A stretch of 64,000 bases of DNA. Source: Eledone cirrhosa. Its lineage: Eukaryota. Position numbers and translations under genes: made by a program. The stretch lies in assembly GCA_964016885.1 (NCBI GenBank), contig OZ024752.1, forward strand, positions 40,548,001-40,612,000. Reading direction: 5' to 3'. Below, in pieces: positions 26,101 through 39,000 of this stretch (positions are counted from its first letter, which is position 1; each line of letters opens with the position of its first letter). The notes beneath the pieces were generated by a model, which saw nothing but the letters and a program-made list of their open reading frames with translations, was not told where the DNA came from and did not search any database.

Positions 26101-29100
26101 GGACAATAAATACAACAAGATGGTTAGTAGTAACATGGGCAGCTATCTAAAGCTACTAACCTATGTATCCATCTTTGGACAATAAATACAACAAGATGGT
26201 TAGTAGTAACATGGGCAGCTATCTAAAGCTACCAACCTATGTATCCATCTTTGGACAATAAATACAACAAGATGGTCAGTAGTAACATGGGCAGCTATCT
26301 AAAGCTACCTACCTATGTATCCATCTTTGGACAATAAATACAACAAGATGGTTAGTAGTAACATGGGCAGCTATCTAAAGCTACCAACCTATGTATCCAT
26401 CTTTGGACAATAAATACAACAAGATGGTTAGTAGTAACATGGGCAGCTATCTAAAGCTACCTACCTATGTATCCATCTTTGGACAATAAATACAACAAGA
26501 TGGTTAGTAGTAATATGGGCAGCTATCTAAAGCTACCTACCTATGTATCCATCTTTGGACAATAAATACAAGATGGTTAGTAGTAGCATGGGCAGCTATC
26601 TAAAGCTACCAACCTATGTATCCCTATAAAAATAATAATAATAATAATAAAATTAAAATTTTCATATTTCCTTTGTTTATTTCAGAACAACTATTCCAAT
26701 ACAAATTCTGAGATTACTGTTATCCGGGAACTTGTCAAATACCATGAAAGTTTGTTTGAAGTATGGCACTGTTTTATTTTATTTTATTTTATTTTATTTT
26801 ATTTTATCTTATCTTCTTATCAATCCACAGCACCACCACTATCATCACAAACATCACCACCACCACCACCACCACCACCACCACCACCACCACCACCACC
26901 ACCACCACCATCACTATCATCACAAACACCACCACCACCACCACTATCATCACAAACACCACCACCACTATCATCACAAACACCACCACCACCATCACCA
27001 CTATCATCACAAACACCACTACCACCACCATCACCAAAAACACCACTACCACCATCACCATTGCCTAGTTTTGATTTTGTATTTTAAAATTCTTTTTTTT
27101 CAACAGTTTTGTTATAAAGATAAAGAAATAGAGAAAAAAATACAGGAAGCCTCTGAGAAAATGGAAAACTTGAAGAAGGTAGGCCAAAGGCAAAACCATT
27201 TGATAATCATAGGGGTGGTGGTATCTATACATTTGTGTTTATATGTGATTGTGTATGTGTTTTCATCATCATCATTTCATTTTACGTCCGCTTTTTCCCT
27301 GCTTGCAAGAGTGGGACGGGAAATGATTCTGGCTTGATTTCTACAGCTGGATGCCCTTCCTAACACCAACCTCATTTACAGTGAGTGCTGGGTGCTTTTT
27401 TGCCGTGGCACCTCCACGACCACTTTATAGTGAGTGGTGGGTGCTTTTTTTGCCATGGCACCTCCACGACCACTTTACAGTGGAATGATAGGGACCCCAG
27501 TCCCTATCATCTCATTTCTACAGCTGAGTAAACTGGAGCAATGTGAAATAAAGTGTCTTGCTCAAGGAAACAACACATCACCCGGTCTGAGAATTGAACT
27601 CACAACCTTTCGATTGCAAGGCCAATGCTCTAACCACTGAGCCATGTGCCTCCACGATTTATTTATAAATAATAACTGGAGTGTACTGTCAGGCAGACTG
27701 TATATCTCACTGTAGTATCTCGGTAGTTTGGAATTACGCCTGATGAATACTTTGGTTTTACAGATATACTAAACAGGTGTGTCACACCATTGTAACAGTA
27801 TGTGTGAGAGAGAGAGAGAGAGAGAGAACATGAGAAAAAGAGTGTGGGGGGGAGGGAGGGGGGAGTGCACATGTGTTGAAGGATGTATGGAGGTGTGTTT
27901 ATAAGTAAGTGCGTATATAATTTTATGTAGATTATATACATATAAACACTCATGCATATATACACACACATTTACAAATATGTTGGGGGACATTTATTGT
28001 AATAACTTTAAATTAGGGACAATTGAGAGTAAGATTGCCATTAATTGTTTCTACTTTTGGCACAAGGCCGGCAATTACTCCAGTGCATTACTGGTACTTT
28101 ATTTTATCGACCCTGTAAGGATGAAAGGCAAAGTTGACCTCGGCGGGATTTGAACTCAGAATTTGTTAATATATAATTGTTTCTACTTTTGGCACAAGGC
28201 CAGCAATTATCCCAGTGTATTACTGGTACTTTATTTTATCGACCCTGTAAGGATGAAAGGCAAAGTTGACCTCGGCGGGATTTGAACTCAGAATTTGTTA
28301 ATATATAATTGTTTCTACTTTTGGCACAAGGCCAGCAATTATCCCAGTGTATTACTGGTACTTTATTTTATCGACCCTGTAAGGATGAAAGGCAAAGTTG
28401 ACCTCGGCGGGATTTGAACTCAGAATTTGTTAATATATAATTGTTTCTACTTTTGGCACAAGGCCAGCAATTATCCCAGTGTATTACTGGTACTTTATTT
28501 TATCGACCCTGTAAGGATGAAAGGCAAAGTTGACCTCGGCGGGATTTGAACTCAGAATTTGTTAATATATAATTGTTTCTACTTTTGGCACAAGGCCAGC
28601 AATTATCCAGTGTATTACTGGTACTTTATTTTATCGACCCTGTAAGGATGAAAGGCAAAGTTGACCTCGGCGGGATTTGAACTCAGAATTTGTTAATATA
28701 TAATTGTTTCTACTTTTGGCACAAGGCCAGCAATTATCCCAGTGCATTACTGGTACTTTATTTTATCGACCCTGTAAGGATGAAAGGCAAAGTTGACCTC
28801 GGCGGGATTTGAACTCAGAATTTGTTAATATATAATTGTTTCTACTTTTGGCACAAGGCCAGCAATTATCCAGTGTATTACTGGTACTTTATTTTATCGA
28901 CCCTGTAAGGATGAAAGGCAAAGTTGACCTCGGCGGGATTTGAACTCAGAATTTGTTAATATATAATTGTTTCTACTTTTGGCACAAGGCCAGCAATTAT
29001 CCCAATGTATTACTGGTACTTTATTTTATCGACCCTGTAAGGATGAAAGGCAAAGTTGACCTCGGCGGGATTTGAACTCAGAATTTGTTAATATATAATG

Positions 29101-32100
29101 ATATTAAACATTCATCTTGTGTTATTGTTTGTCATTTCAGACTTCAGTCGTGTCTGATTTTTTGATGCTTCATATCTATATCGGTGTTTATGACTCGCAG
29201 CCTAAAGCCATCAATGTAAGTAGATATATGCTTTTATTCTTTTATTTCTTTCAGTCATTAGATTGCAGCCATGCTGGGGCACTTCTTTGTTTGTTTTATC
29301 CTTTTTGTCAAATTAGAGCAATAGACTTCTTCCTGGCCAGGACGTCAGCCCTTCAAAGAGTTAATCCCCGGTTACTGTTGGTACTCATTTCCTGCTGTGT
29401 GAACTGGAACAATGTTAAATAAGTGTCTTGCTCAAGGATACTATGTATTACCTTTTCTGGGATTCTAATCCATGACCTTATGATGCATGTTTGTGGGTGT
29501 GTTTATAAATATTAATATATCACGACCACTGTAAAGTATCCAGTACACACTGTAAAGTGGTCATGTAGATGTCACAATAAATAATACCCAGTACTCACTG
29601 TAAAATGGTCATGTAGGTGTCACAACAAATAGTACCCAGTATTCACTGTAAAATGGTCATGTAGGTGTCACAATAAATAATGCCCAGTACACACTGTAAA
29701 GTGGTCATGTAGGTGTCACAACAAATAGTACCCAGTCCACACTGTAAAGTGGTCATGTAGGTGTCACAACAAATAGTACCCAGTCCACACTGTAAAGTGG
29801 TCATGTAGGTGTCACAACAAATAGTACCCAGTCCACACTGTAAAGTGGTCATGTAGGTGTCACAACAAATAGTACCCAGTATTCACTGTAAAGTGGTCAT
29901 GTAGGTGTCACAATAAATAATACCCTGTACACACTGTAAAGTGGTCATGTAGGTGTCACAACAAATAGTACCCAGTCCACACTGTAAAGTGGTCATGTAG
30001 GTGTCACAACAAATAGTACCCAATCCACACTGTAAAGTGGTCATGTAGGTGTCACAACAAATAGTACCCAGTACACATTGTAAACTGATTTTGGCTTGAT
30101 TTGTACAGCAGGATGCCCTTCCTAACACCAACCTCATTTACAGTGAGTACTGTATGAACAAGACACATTCACCTTGCCTGACTTACATGTGCGATTACTC
30201 CCTCAAAATTTTACTTGTTACTTTATGTAAAATTTTCCTCTTATTTTTTTGTTTTAGGTTTCTTGGTCTATGAATGGTGGAGATGTGCTATCAAGAATTC
30301 TACCTCAAATTTCTCTGAAGGGTGTTGAATGGATTCTTTATGAAACTGTCTGTAATGGAACACTGGGTAAGTATTACTAGTTCATCTTCTTGTAGAATTT
30401 ATGTCTTCACTCTCAGAATGGAACCTCATTATTGTTTGGGTGGCTTGGCATTATCGGTAGAGGGTCGGACGCCATGCTTTGACTCATAGAGTTACGGCCC
30501 TTGCCATTCTGAGTTCAAATCCCGCCGAGGTTAACTTTGCCTTTCATCATTTCGGGGTCGATAAAATAAAGTACCAGTAATGCACTGGGGTAATTGCTGG
30601 CCTTGTGCCAAAAATAGAAACAATCATTGTTGTTTAACCCTTTAGCATTTAAACTGGCCACATCCGGCCAGTATTCTCTCACCTCTTTCTGTTCAAACCG
30701 GCCATAATTGGCTGCTCACACTTATGTTAAGGTATTGTTCTCAAAATGAATAATATCAAAATCTCAAATGATATCTTGAAAACTGCTGGTTTTATAAATA
30801 ATATCACCTCGCTGTAACTTCTCTGTCATTGGTGGATTGGCAGTATCGGTAGAGAGTCGGACGCCATGCTTTGCAGCATAGAGTTATGCCCCCTTACGGT
30901 CTGAGTTCAAATCCCGCCGAAGTTAACTTTATCTTTCATCCTTACAGTAATGTACTGGGGGGGGGGGGTAATTGCTGGCCTTGTTCTAAAAATAGAAACA
31001 GTTATCATGAACAAATGGTGGTGGCGGGGGAGGGGGGTGGTGGCACATACTGTGTTATAAATGACTCCTTTTTTTTTTTAGATTTGTAATTCATTGTTAT
31101 ACTAGGTAAGGGCGGTACCCCAGCATGGCCTCAGCCGGATGGCTGGAACAGGTAAAAGAGTAAAAGAGTAACAAAGTTAACCAAAGTAAACATCTATGTA
31201 CTTTCTCTTGACAGAACGAATGATACATCGCACAGAAAACATAGAAGATGTCCTCAACCAATACAAATACTGGGATGAAGTCGATGCTCGAGAAACTCGC
31301 TTGCTGGTCAGACAGTCTCATCTATTTTTCAACTTCAAGGACTATGTAAGTTAACTTAGTACTTTGAACATTTTCCCCCAGCAAAGCAAATGTTTTTTGG
31401 AAACTATGCTATTATTTTATGATCTATTTACCATATTAACAAGGTTTAGTATTTTATAAACATTAGTACAGCATTAGTCTTGTTACTACATTAACAAGGT
31501 TTAGTATTTTATAAACATTAGTACAGCATTAGTCTTGTTACTACATTAACAAGGTTTAGTATTTTATAAACATTAGTACAGCATTAGTCTTGTTACTACA
31601 TTAACAAGGTTTAGTATTTTATAAACATTAGTACAGCATTAGTCTTGTTACTACATTAACAAGGTTTAGTATTTTATAAACATTAGTACAGCATTAGTCT
31701 TGTTACTACATTAACAAGATTTAGTATTTTATAAACATTAGTACAGCATTAGTCTTGTTACTACATTAACAAGATTTAGTATTTTATAAACATTAGTACA
31801 GCATTAGTCTTGTTACTACATTAACAAGGTTTAGTATTCTATAAACATTAGTACAGCATTAGTATTGTTACTACATTAACAAGGTTTAGTATTTTATAAA
31901 CATTAGTACAGCATTAGTCTTGTTACTACATTAACAAGGTTTAGTATTTTATAAACATTAGTACAGCATTAGTCTTGTTACTACATTAACAAGATTTAGT
32001 ATTTTATAAACATTAGTACAGCATTAGTCTTGTTACTACATTAACAAGATTTAGTATTTTATAAACATTAGTACAGCATTAGTCTTGTTACTACATTAAC

Positions 32101-33220
32101 AAGGTTTAGTATTCTATAAACATTAGTACAGCATTAGTATTGTTACTACATTAACAAGGTTTAGTATTTTATAAACATTAGTACAGCATTAGTCTTGTTA
32201 CTACATTAACAAGGTTTAGTATTTTATAAACATTAGTACAGCATTAGTCTTGTTACTACATTAACAAGATTTAGTATTTTATAAACATTAGTACAGCATT
32301 AGTCTTGTTACTACATTAACAAGATTTAGTATTTTATAAACATTAGTACATCATTAGTCTTGTTACTACATTAACAAGGTTTAGTATTCTATAAACATTA
32401 GTACAGCATTAGTATTGTTACTATATTAACAAGGTTTAGTATTCTATAAACATTAGTACAGCATTAGTCTTGTTACTACATTAACAACATTTAGTATTTT
32501 ATAAACATTAGTACAGCATTAGTCTTGTTACTACATTAACAACATTTAGTATTTTATAAACATTAGTACAGTGTTAGTCTTGTTACTACATTAACAAGGT
32601 TTATTATTGGTTATTTTTTCTTTTGTTATTACAATTCTAGTTTGATCCAAGCAAAACTCTTATGGCTGAACTTGAATTTTCTGAAAAGAAAGTGTGTCGC
32701 AAATATATGTTTGAATTTACCCAGGCTAAGCTGTCCTACTACAAAGATGTAAAGGTTAGTATCCCTCCCCCCTCAACCCCCACACACACACATAGACCCA
32801 GCACTCACTGTAAACGAGGTTGGTTTAGGAAGGGCATCTAGCTGTAGAAATCAAGCCAAAATCAGTTCCCGTATTAGCAAGATAAAGTCAGCCGACCGGA
32901 CACTGCCCACAACAGGACAACCCTTCTCACCCATGCTAGCGTGGAAGAATGGGCATAAAAGGATGATGATGATGATGAAATATATATATATATTGACAGT
33001 TGATCGACTTTTGTCAAATCAGACCGAGGAAAAAAAGTTTCCATTGGTCTTTCCAGTTGCTAATACTATCAATCGGTCGCAACTCCAGGTAGAAGGAGCA
33101 ACGTGAAATAAAGTGTCTTGCTCAAGGACATAACACATCGCTGTCCAGGAATCAAACTCTCAACCTCACTATTGTGAATTCAATTCTTTAACCACTCAGC
33201 CACGCGCTTTGTATATACAT

Positions 33221-33255
<35 letters not shown>

Positions 33256-34285
33256 AGTGCTTAGTTGTTAGGGAATTAAATTGGCAATTTTGAGGTTGCA
33301 AGTTCAATTCCCGGACTGGGTAATGCATTATGTCTTTGAGCAAGACAATTTATTTCACATTACAAAACATTTTGTCCCACCCGCCAATTATACTATGAAA
33401 ATCACTTCGATGTTTAATATTTCCTATTTATTTACTACTAGAGTCCACCAACTGCTTCTTGGCGAATAGAAGATTTGAATATCTACATGGGAGTTGAGAA
33501 AAACAGGGACCCAAAGCTGTAAGTTTCTTTTAAAATTCTTTTATAGCTTTAGTTAAGCTATATTTAAAATAAAAACATGCTATATTTTGTGTAACAAACA
33601 TTTACAAAGTGTAAGGAGTGTCTAAATCTAATGTTTACAGTTTTGGTCTGGTCTCTTCCAATTCTCATTAGGAAGGTTTAGGGACTATGGACAAACTATT
33701 GGGTCATCACATAAATAATGTGTCTTTTTGTTTATCAATTGCATGCAATGAGAGGGATAAGTTGTGGTGTGCAGGAGAGAAGGCTGAGATGGTATGGACA
33801 TGTGATGCGCATGGAGGATGGCCGATGGGTGAAGAAGTGCCAGGAAGTCCCAGTGGAGGGAAGATGCAGTAGAGGTAGACCACAAAAAACATGGGTGGAG
33901 GTGGTGAGAGCAAACCTCAGATCGCTGAAACTCACCGAGGAGAGGACGAAGGACCGTGGCGGGTGGAGAGATGCTGTGCTGAATAGGACCCGTCCAACCC
34001 TTGCAAGCAGGGAAAAGCGAACGTAAAATGATGATGATGATGATGATGAAAAGTGGGAGTGAGTGAGGATAAACACCTGCATAAACTTGCTATAAAAGCA
34101 GGTATTAAATTCACCTTGTCTTATTCTTAGTACAAGCTTTGAAAAGTGCAGTTTGTTTTAATTTTTAAAAATAAACCTAGCTTTATACCCACTCTGCATC
34201 TCCAAATGCATTGAGTACTCCCATAATTAGTAGTTTCCCTGGTCTAAGCACCACAGACTCTCTCTCTTCCCCCCCCCCCCTCAAT

Positions 34286-34316
<31 letters not shown>

Positions 34317-36025
34317 CCCCCCTCTCAATTTCTCTCTCTCTCTGAACCTGTCTCTCGAAGTATAAAAAAAAACTGCATTGTTTATGGTATGTTGCAATGT
34401 CCATGATTCTCATTTGGGAAAAAAGGGACGTTGGTGGCTCCCAAATCCTTGTCCAACCATTACATGTTGGCTATTGATAAGTTGGTATTTACATGATATA
34501 TTCCATAAATAAAGTTTTCAGTGTTGTCAGTGAAGCAGAGACCCTGCCAGTTGGCTACTGAGACATAAGTTATCTGCCTTCATTACAAGGATGAACTTAT
34601 CAACCATGTTTTTCTTTTGTTTCTTGCAGACGTCCTGGTTTTACTTTTGTTGTGAAAAATGAAAAACAGAAAAGGTAAGTGAACCAAAGTGTATTTGTTC
34701 TGAGTGTGGCTAGCTATGTTTTAGTTGTTAGTTTGAGGTAGAAGCTGTACTCACATCTGAGTGTAGCTAGCTGTTATGTTTTAGTTGTTAGTTTGAGGTA
34801 GAGGCTGTACTCACATGTGAGTGTAGCTAGCTGTTATGTTTTAGTTGTTAGTTTGAGGTAGAAGCTGTACTCACATCTGAGTGTAGCTAGCTGTTATGTT
34901 TTAGTTGTTAGTTTGAGGTAGAGGCTGTACTCACATGTGAGTGTAGCTAGCTGTTATGTTTTAGTTGTTAGTTTGAGGTAGAGGCTGTACTCACATGTGA
35001 GTGTAGCTAGCTGTTTTAGTTGTGACTGTGTTATTATGAAATATTAGAAAGAACATTTGTGTTGATATGTTGTTTCTTCTTGCAGGTCAAAGGAAACCCC
35101 TTATTTTGGCAAAGCTTTATACTTTTCTTCACAAAATGATATGTATGTTTGGTATGCTGGTATGATGTTTACTAAGGTAAGCTTATTTTCTTGTCTAGAA
35201 GATAATAAAATTTTATTTACTGTTTTCATTAAAAAAAAATTTACTAATAATTTTGTGGTTGTTTTAAACTGATGAATAGAATAAACCTAAATTTTAACAT
35301 ATTAACCCTTCAGCATTTAAAACGGCCATATCCAGCCAAAATTCTCTCACCTCTTTCTGTCCAACCCGGCTGTAACCAGCCACTCATACTGATGTTAAGG
35401 CATTGTTCTCAAAACAAATAATGTCAAAATCTCATAAATTTGATATTTTGTGAGATAATTATGTGATAATTACTGTGAAAAAACAATAGTAAAAATAGAG
35501 TAATGTAAATGCTAAAGGGTTAAGCCCTTAAGATTATTGAGAAGAAAATATAGGCTCTTGTATAACATACCTATTACAGCTAGACTGGGATATAGACTCT
35601 TGTATAACATACTTATTACAGCTAGACTGGGATATAGACTCTTGTATAACATACTTATTACAGCTAGACTGGGATATAGACTCTTGTATAACATACCCAT
35701 TACAGCTAGACTGGGATATAGACTCTTGTATAACACACCTATTACAGCTAGACAGGGATATAGACTCTTGTATAACATACCTATTACAGCTAGACTGGGA
35801 TATAGACTCTTGTATAACATACCTATTACAGCTAGACTGGGATATAGACTCGTGTATAACATACCCATATATTTGGATCTGCTTATATTTGAGTATATAC
35901 GGTCTACTTTATTACTCTATTTTGTGTGCCAGCTATCAGGCTGAGGCCATGTTGGGACACCACCATTGATGCTACACTTTCTATAGCCATGTTTCCTTGG
36001 TTGGCCATTGATGCAAAATGGAGTT

Positions 36026-36071
<46 letters not shown>

Positions 36072-39000
36072 TTAGAAACACACAGATAGATGCGGACACA
36101 CACATATATACATGAATGCATCCGCACCCAACTGTGAGTTAAGGGTGCCAACTTCACCGATGTTGCTCAATGAATGACTGGGACAGACCAATTCAGTTGA
36201 ACTAGACTGAACCAGTATCAGAGTTAAAAATACATTATGAAGAGAGAAGAAACATTTAGATATAATTAGTAATAAAATGTATCATACCTAAACTGCTCCT
36301 AAATTCCTCGACTATGTAGTTTCGTGGCATAAACAAAAACAATATATCAAAGATATAGGGTCCTTGCGAGGTCTGCCGACTTATCAAGAGGATACCTCAT
36401 TTTACTAGTCTCAAGAACGCGTCTACACGACGTGAGAAAGAATCCCAAAAGGCGGAGGGGGAGATAGTCACGCGATATAACGGTCGAGAAACAGAGCTAA
36501 GCCTCTTATAACCACGAAGAAAATACCACGGAGGCGGAGGGGGTATTCATATCGAGGCCGTAGAAGAGGTAGTGAAGAAGGCGAGAAGTATGAGTAATGG
36601 AAGCTTTCCAGTTGTCCCCACACTTCAAAGATTGCTCGACCAGAGGGAGTTATTAATATATTTAGAAACACACAGATAGATGCGGACACACACATATATA
36701 CATGAATGCATCCGCACCCAACTGTGAGTTAAGGGTGCCAACTTCACCGATGTTGCTCAATGAATGACTGGGACAGACCAATTCAGTTGAACTAGACTGA
36801 ACCAGTATCAGAGTTAAAAATACATATATATATGTGTGTGTATTTATCACTATTGTCATTATGTCTGTTTTCCATGCTTGCATGCATTGGTTGGGTTTTT
36901 TTTCCAGTATAGGATTTCACCATTTGTGATCCTTTGTCATCTCCTTTCTCAGGTTCAGCCTCTTCACATCACCTGCTGCCATTTCTTTCCATGCTTCCCT
37001 TAAGTTTTCACTTCTGTAAGTGCATTCATCTTGAATTGCTTAGTATTTCTTTACCCAACTGTCATCCTCCATACACATTACATATCCATAGCAGCACAGT
37101 TTTCTCTTTTGCATGTTATATTTCATTCTTTCTCTTATATCATTTAGGGTTCTCAGTTCATTTGTGCTGATGTTCATATCCCTGCAGAGCATACTTGCTT
37201 TATTTCTTTCCAATTTTTGCCCTTTACTCACAAGCATCATCTCAGAGGTTACCCCCTGATAGTCCAGCTGTTTTTCCTGCTTTTGTATTCTTAATTTCAC
37301 TTTCAACCTTTTAGCTGTCAAACTTCAATAGTTTGTCCTTCTTTTGGGATATTTGGGATAGTCTGTCCCATCCGTTCTCCTTATTCAGCATCATCTCATG
37401 GTAACATTTCTCAGCCCCTTTTTTTCTTGGTGCTACTTAGGACAAGTGTGCGTCTTGACACATCATCATCATTTTACGTCTGCTTTTCCCTGCTTGCAAG
37501 GGTGGGACGGGAACTGATTCTGGCTTGATTTCTACAGCTGGATGCCCTTCCTAACACCAACCTCATTTACAGTGAGTGCTGGGTGCTTTTTTTCCGTGGC
37601 ACCTCCACGTCCTCTTTACAGCGAGTGGTGGGTGCTTTTTTGCTGTGGCACCTCCACAACCACTTTACAGTGGAATGATAGGGACCCCCAGTCCCTATCA
37701 TCTCATTTCTACAGCTGAGTAAACTGGAACAATGTGAAATAAAGTGTCTTGCTCAAGGAAACAACACATCACCCGGTCTGAGAATTGAACTCACAACCTT
37801 TCGATTGCAAGCCCAATGCTCTAACCACTAAGCCATGTGTGCCTCCTGCTTAGCAATCTAGAACACCCCAAGTTTATAATCCCTTGACCTTCAGCTTCTC
37901 TCCATGCTATCAATACTGGACATTTAACTTCTAACTACTTGATATTGTTCCTTCCAGCTCTCTTTCTTCTACAGTGGAACCTCGGTTCACAAACATAGAT
38001 TGTTTTTGAAGGCCATTCATCACCCAAAATGTTCGTAGACCGAAACTATTTTTCTCTATATAAAGTGTTGAGAGAGAAATACAATGAGATAGAGAGACAG
38101 TGTGTGAAAGACAGAGATATATCATCATAGTAACTAACTACACAGCAAGTGATGCTTTCCTGACGATACTTCCTGCTTGTTGTCAACTGTTGTTGCCAGC
38201 TGATGTGTCCATTACTCGAGACACCGTTCATCAACCGAGACCTTTTATGTTCAGAAACATTGTTCAGGAACTGATTTGTTCCTGATGAGAGGCATTCGTG
38301 AACCGAGGTTTTACTGTAATCTTTTCAGACCTCTTTCTTATTTTCCACCACCATGTTAGCTTCTAGTTGGCTGTAGTCTTGTTCAATTCTCAAATCTTGA
38401 CTGTTGCTTGCAACAGGTTATCTCATAGTAACTGCCTCTCTATGTTATCTCTGTCTCCCCTCTCTTTCTCGCCATACCCACCAACAAGTATTTATTTGAA
38501 CCTATGTTGTGCTGAGCGATTATCAGCCTCCATACCTTCCTTCTCCAGATTGTTCTGAGTCTCTCTGGTCCTTAACCTGAAGTTGCTGCTCAATAGTTTA
38601 TGTACATTCTTCACTGGGGAAGGACTTAGTATTCACAACCAGTTAACTTATCCTGTTTTATGGTAAGTATGAAGTCTATCTGGCTTACATGGTCACCTTA
38701 TTGATAGGTAACCAAGTGGCTGGCTGGCTGGTTTACTCAAGTTAATTGCAAATGGTTAGGTCATTTGCATCACAGAAATCCAAGAACCATAATTTCTCTT
38801 CATTCTTTCTACCATAACTATCATCTTTATGTATGTTAGAGTAGTCATTGTGTTTCTTTTCCACTATGTCTAGTGATGTAATCTACCATTATAACAAGGT
38901 TGCTGTCATGTTATTGTAGTAGTCTACAAGAGAATCTTATAGAAAGTTCTTCAGTCGTTTGATGCCATGTGCCCTGTGACACATAGGTTAAGATCATAGT

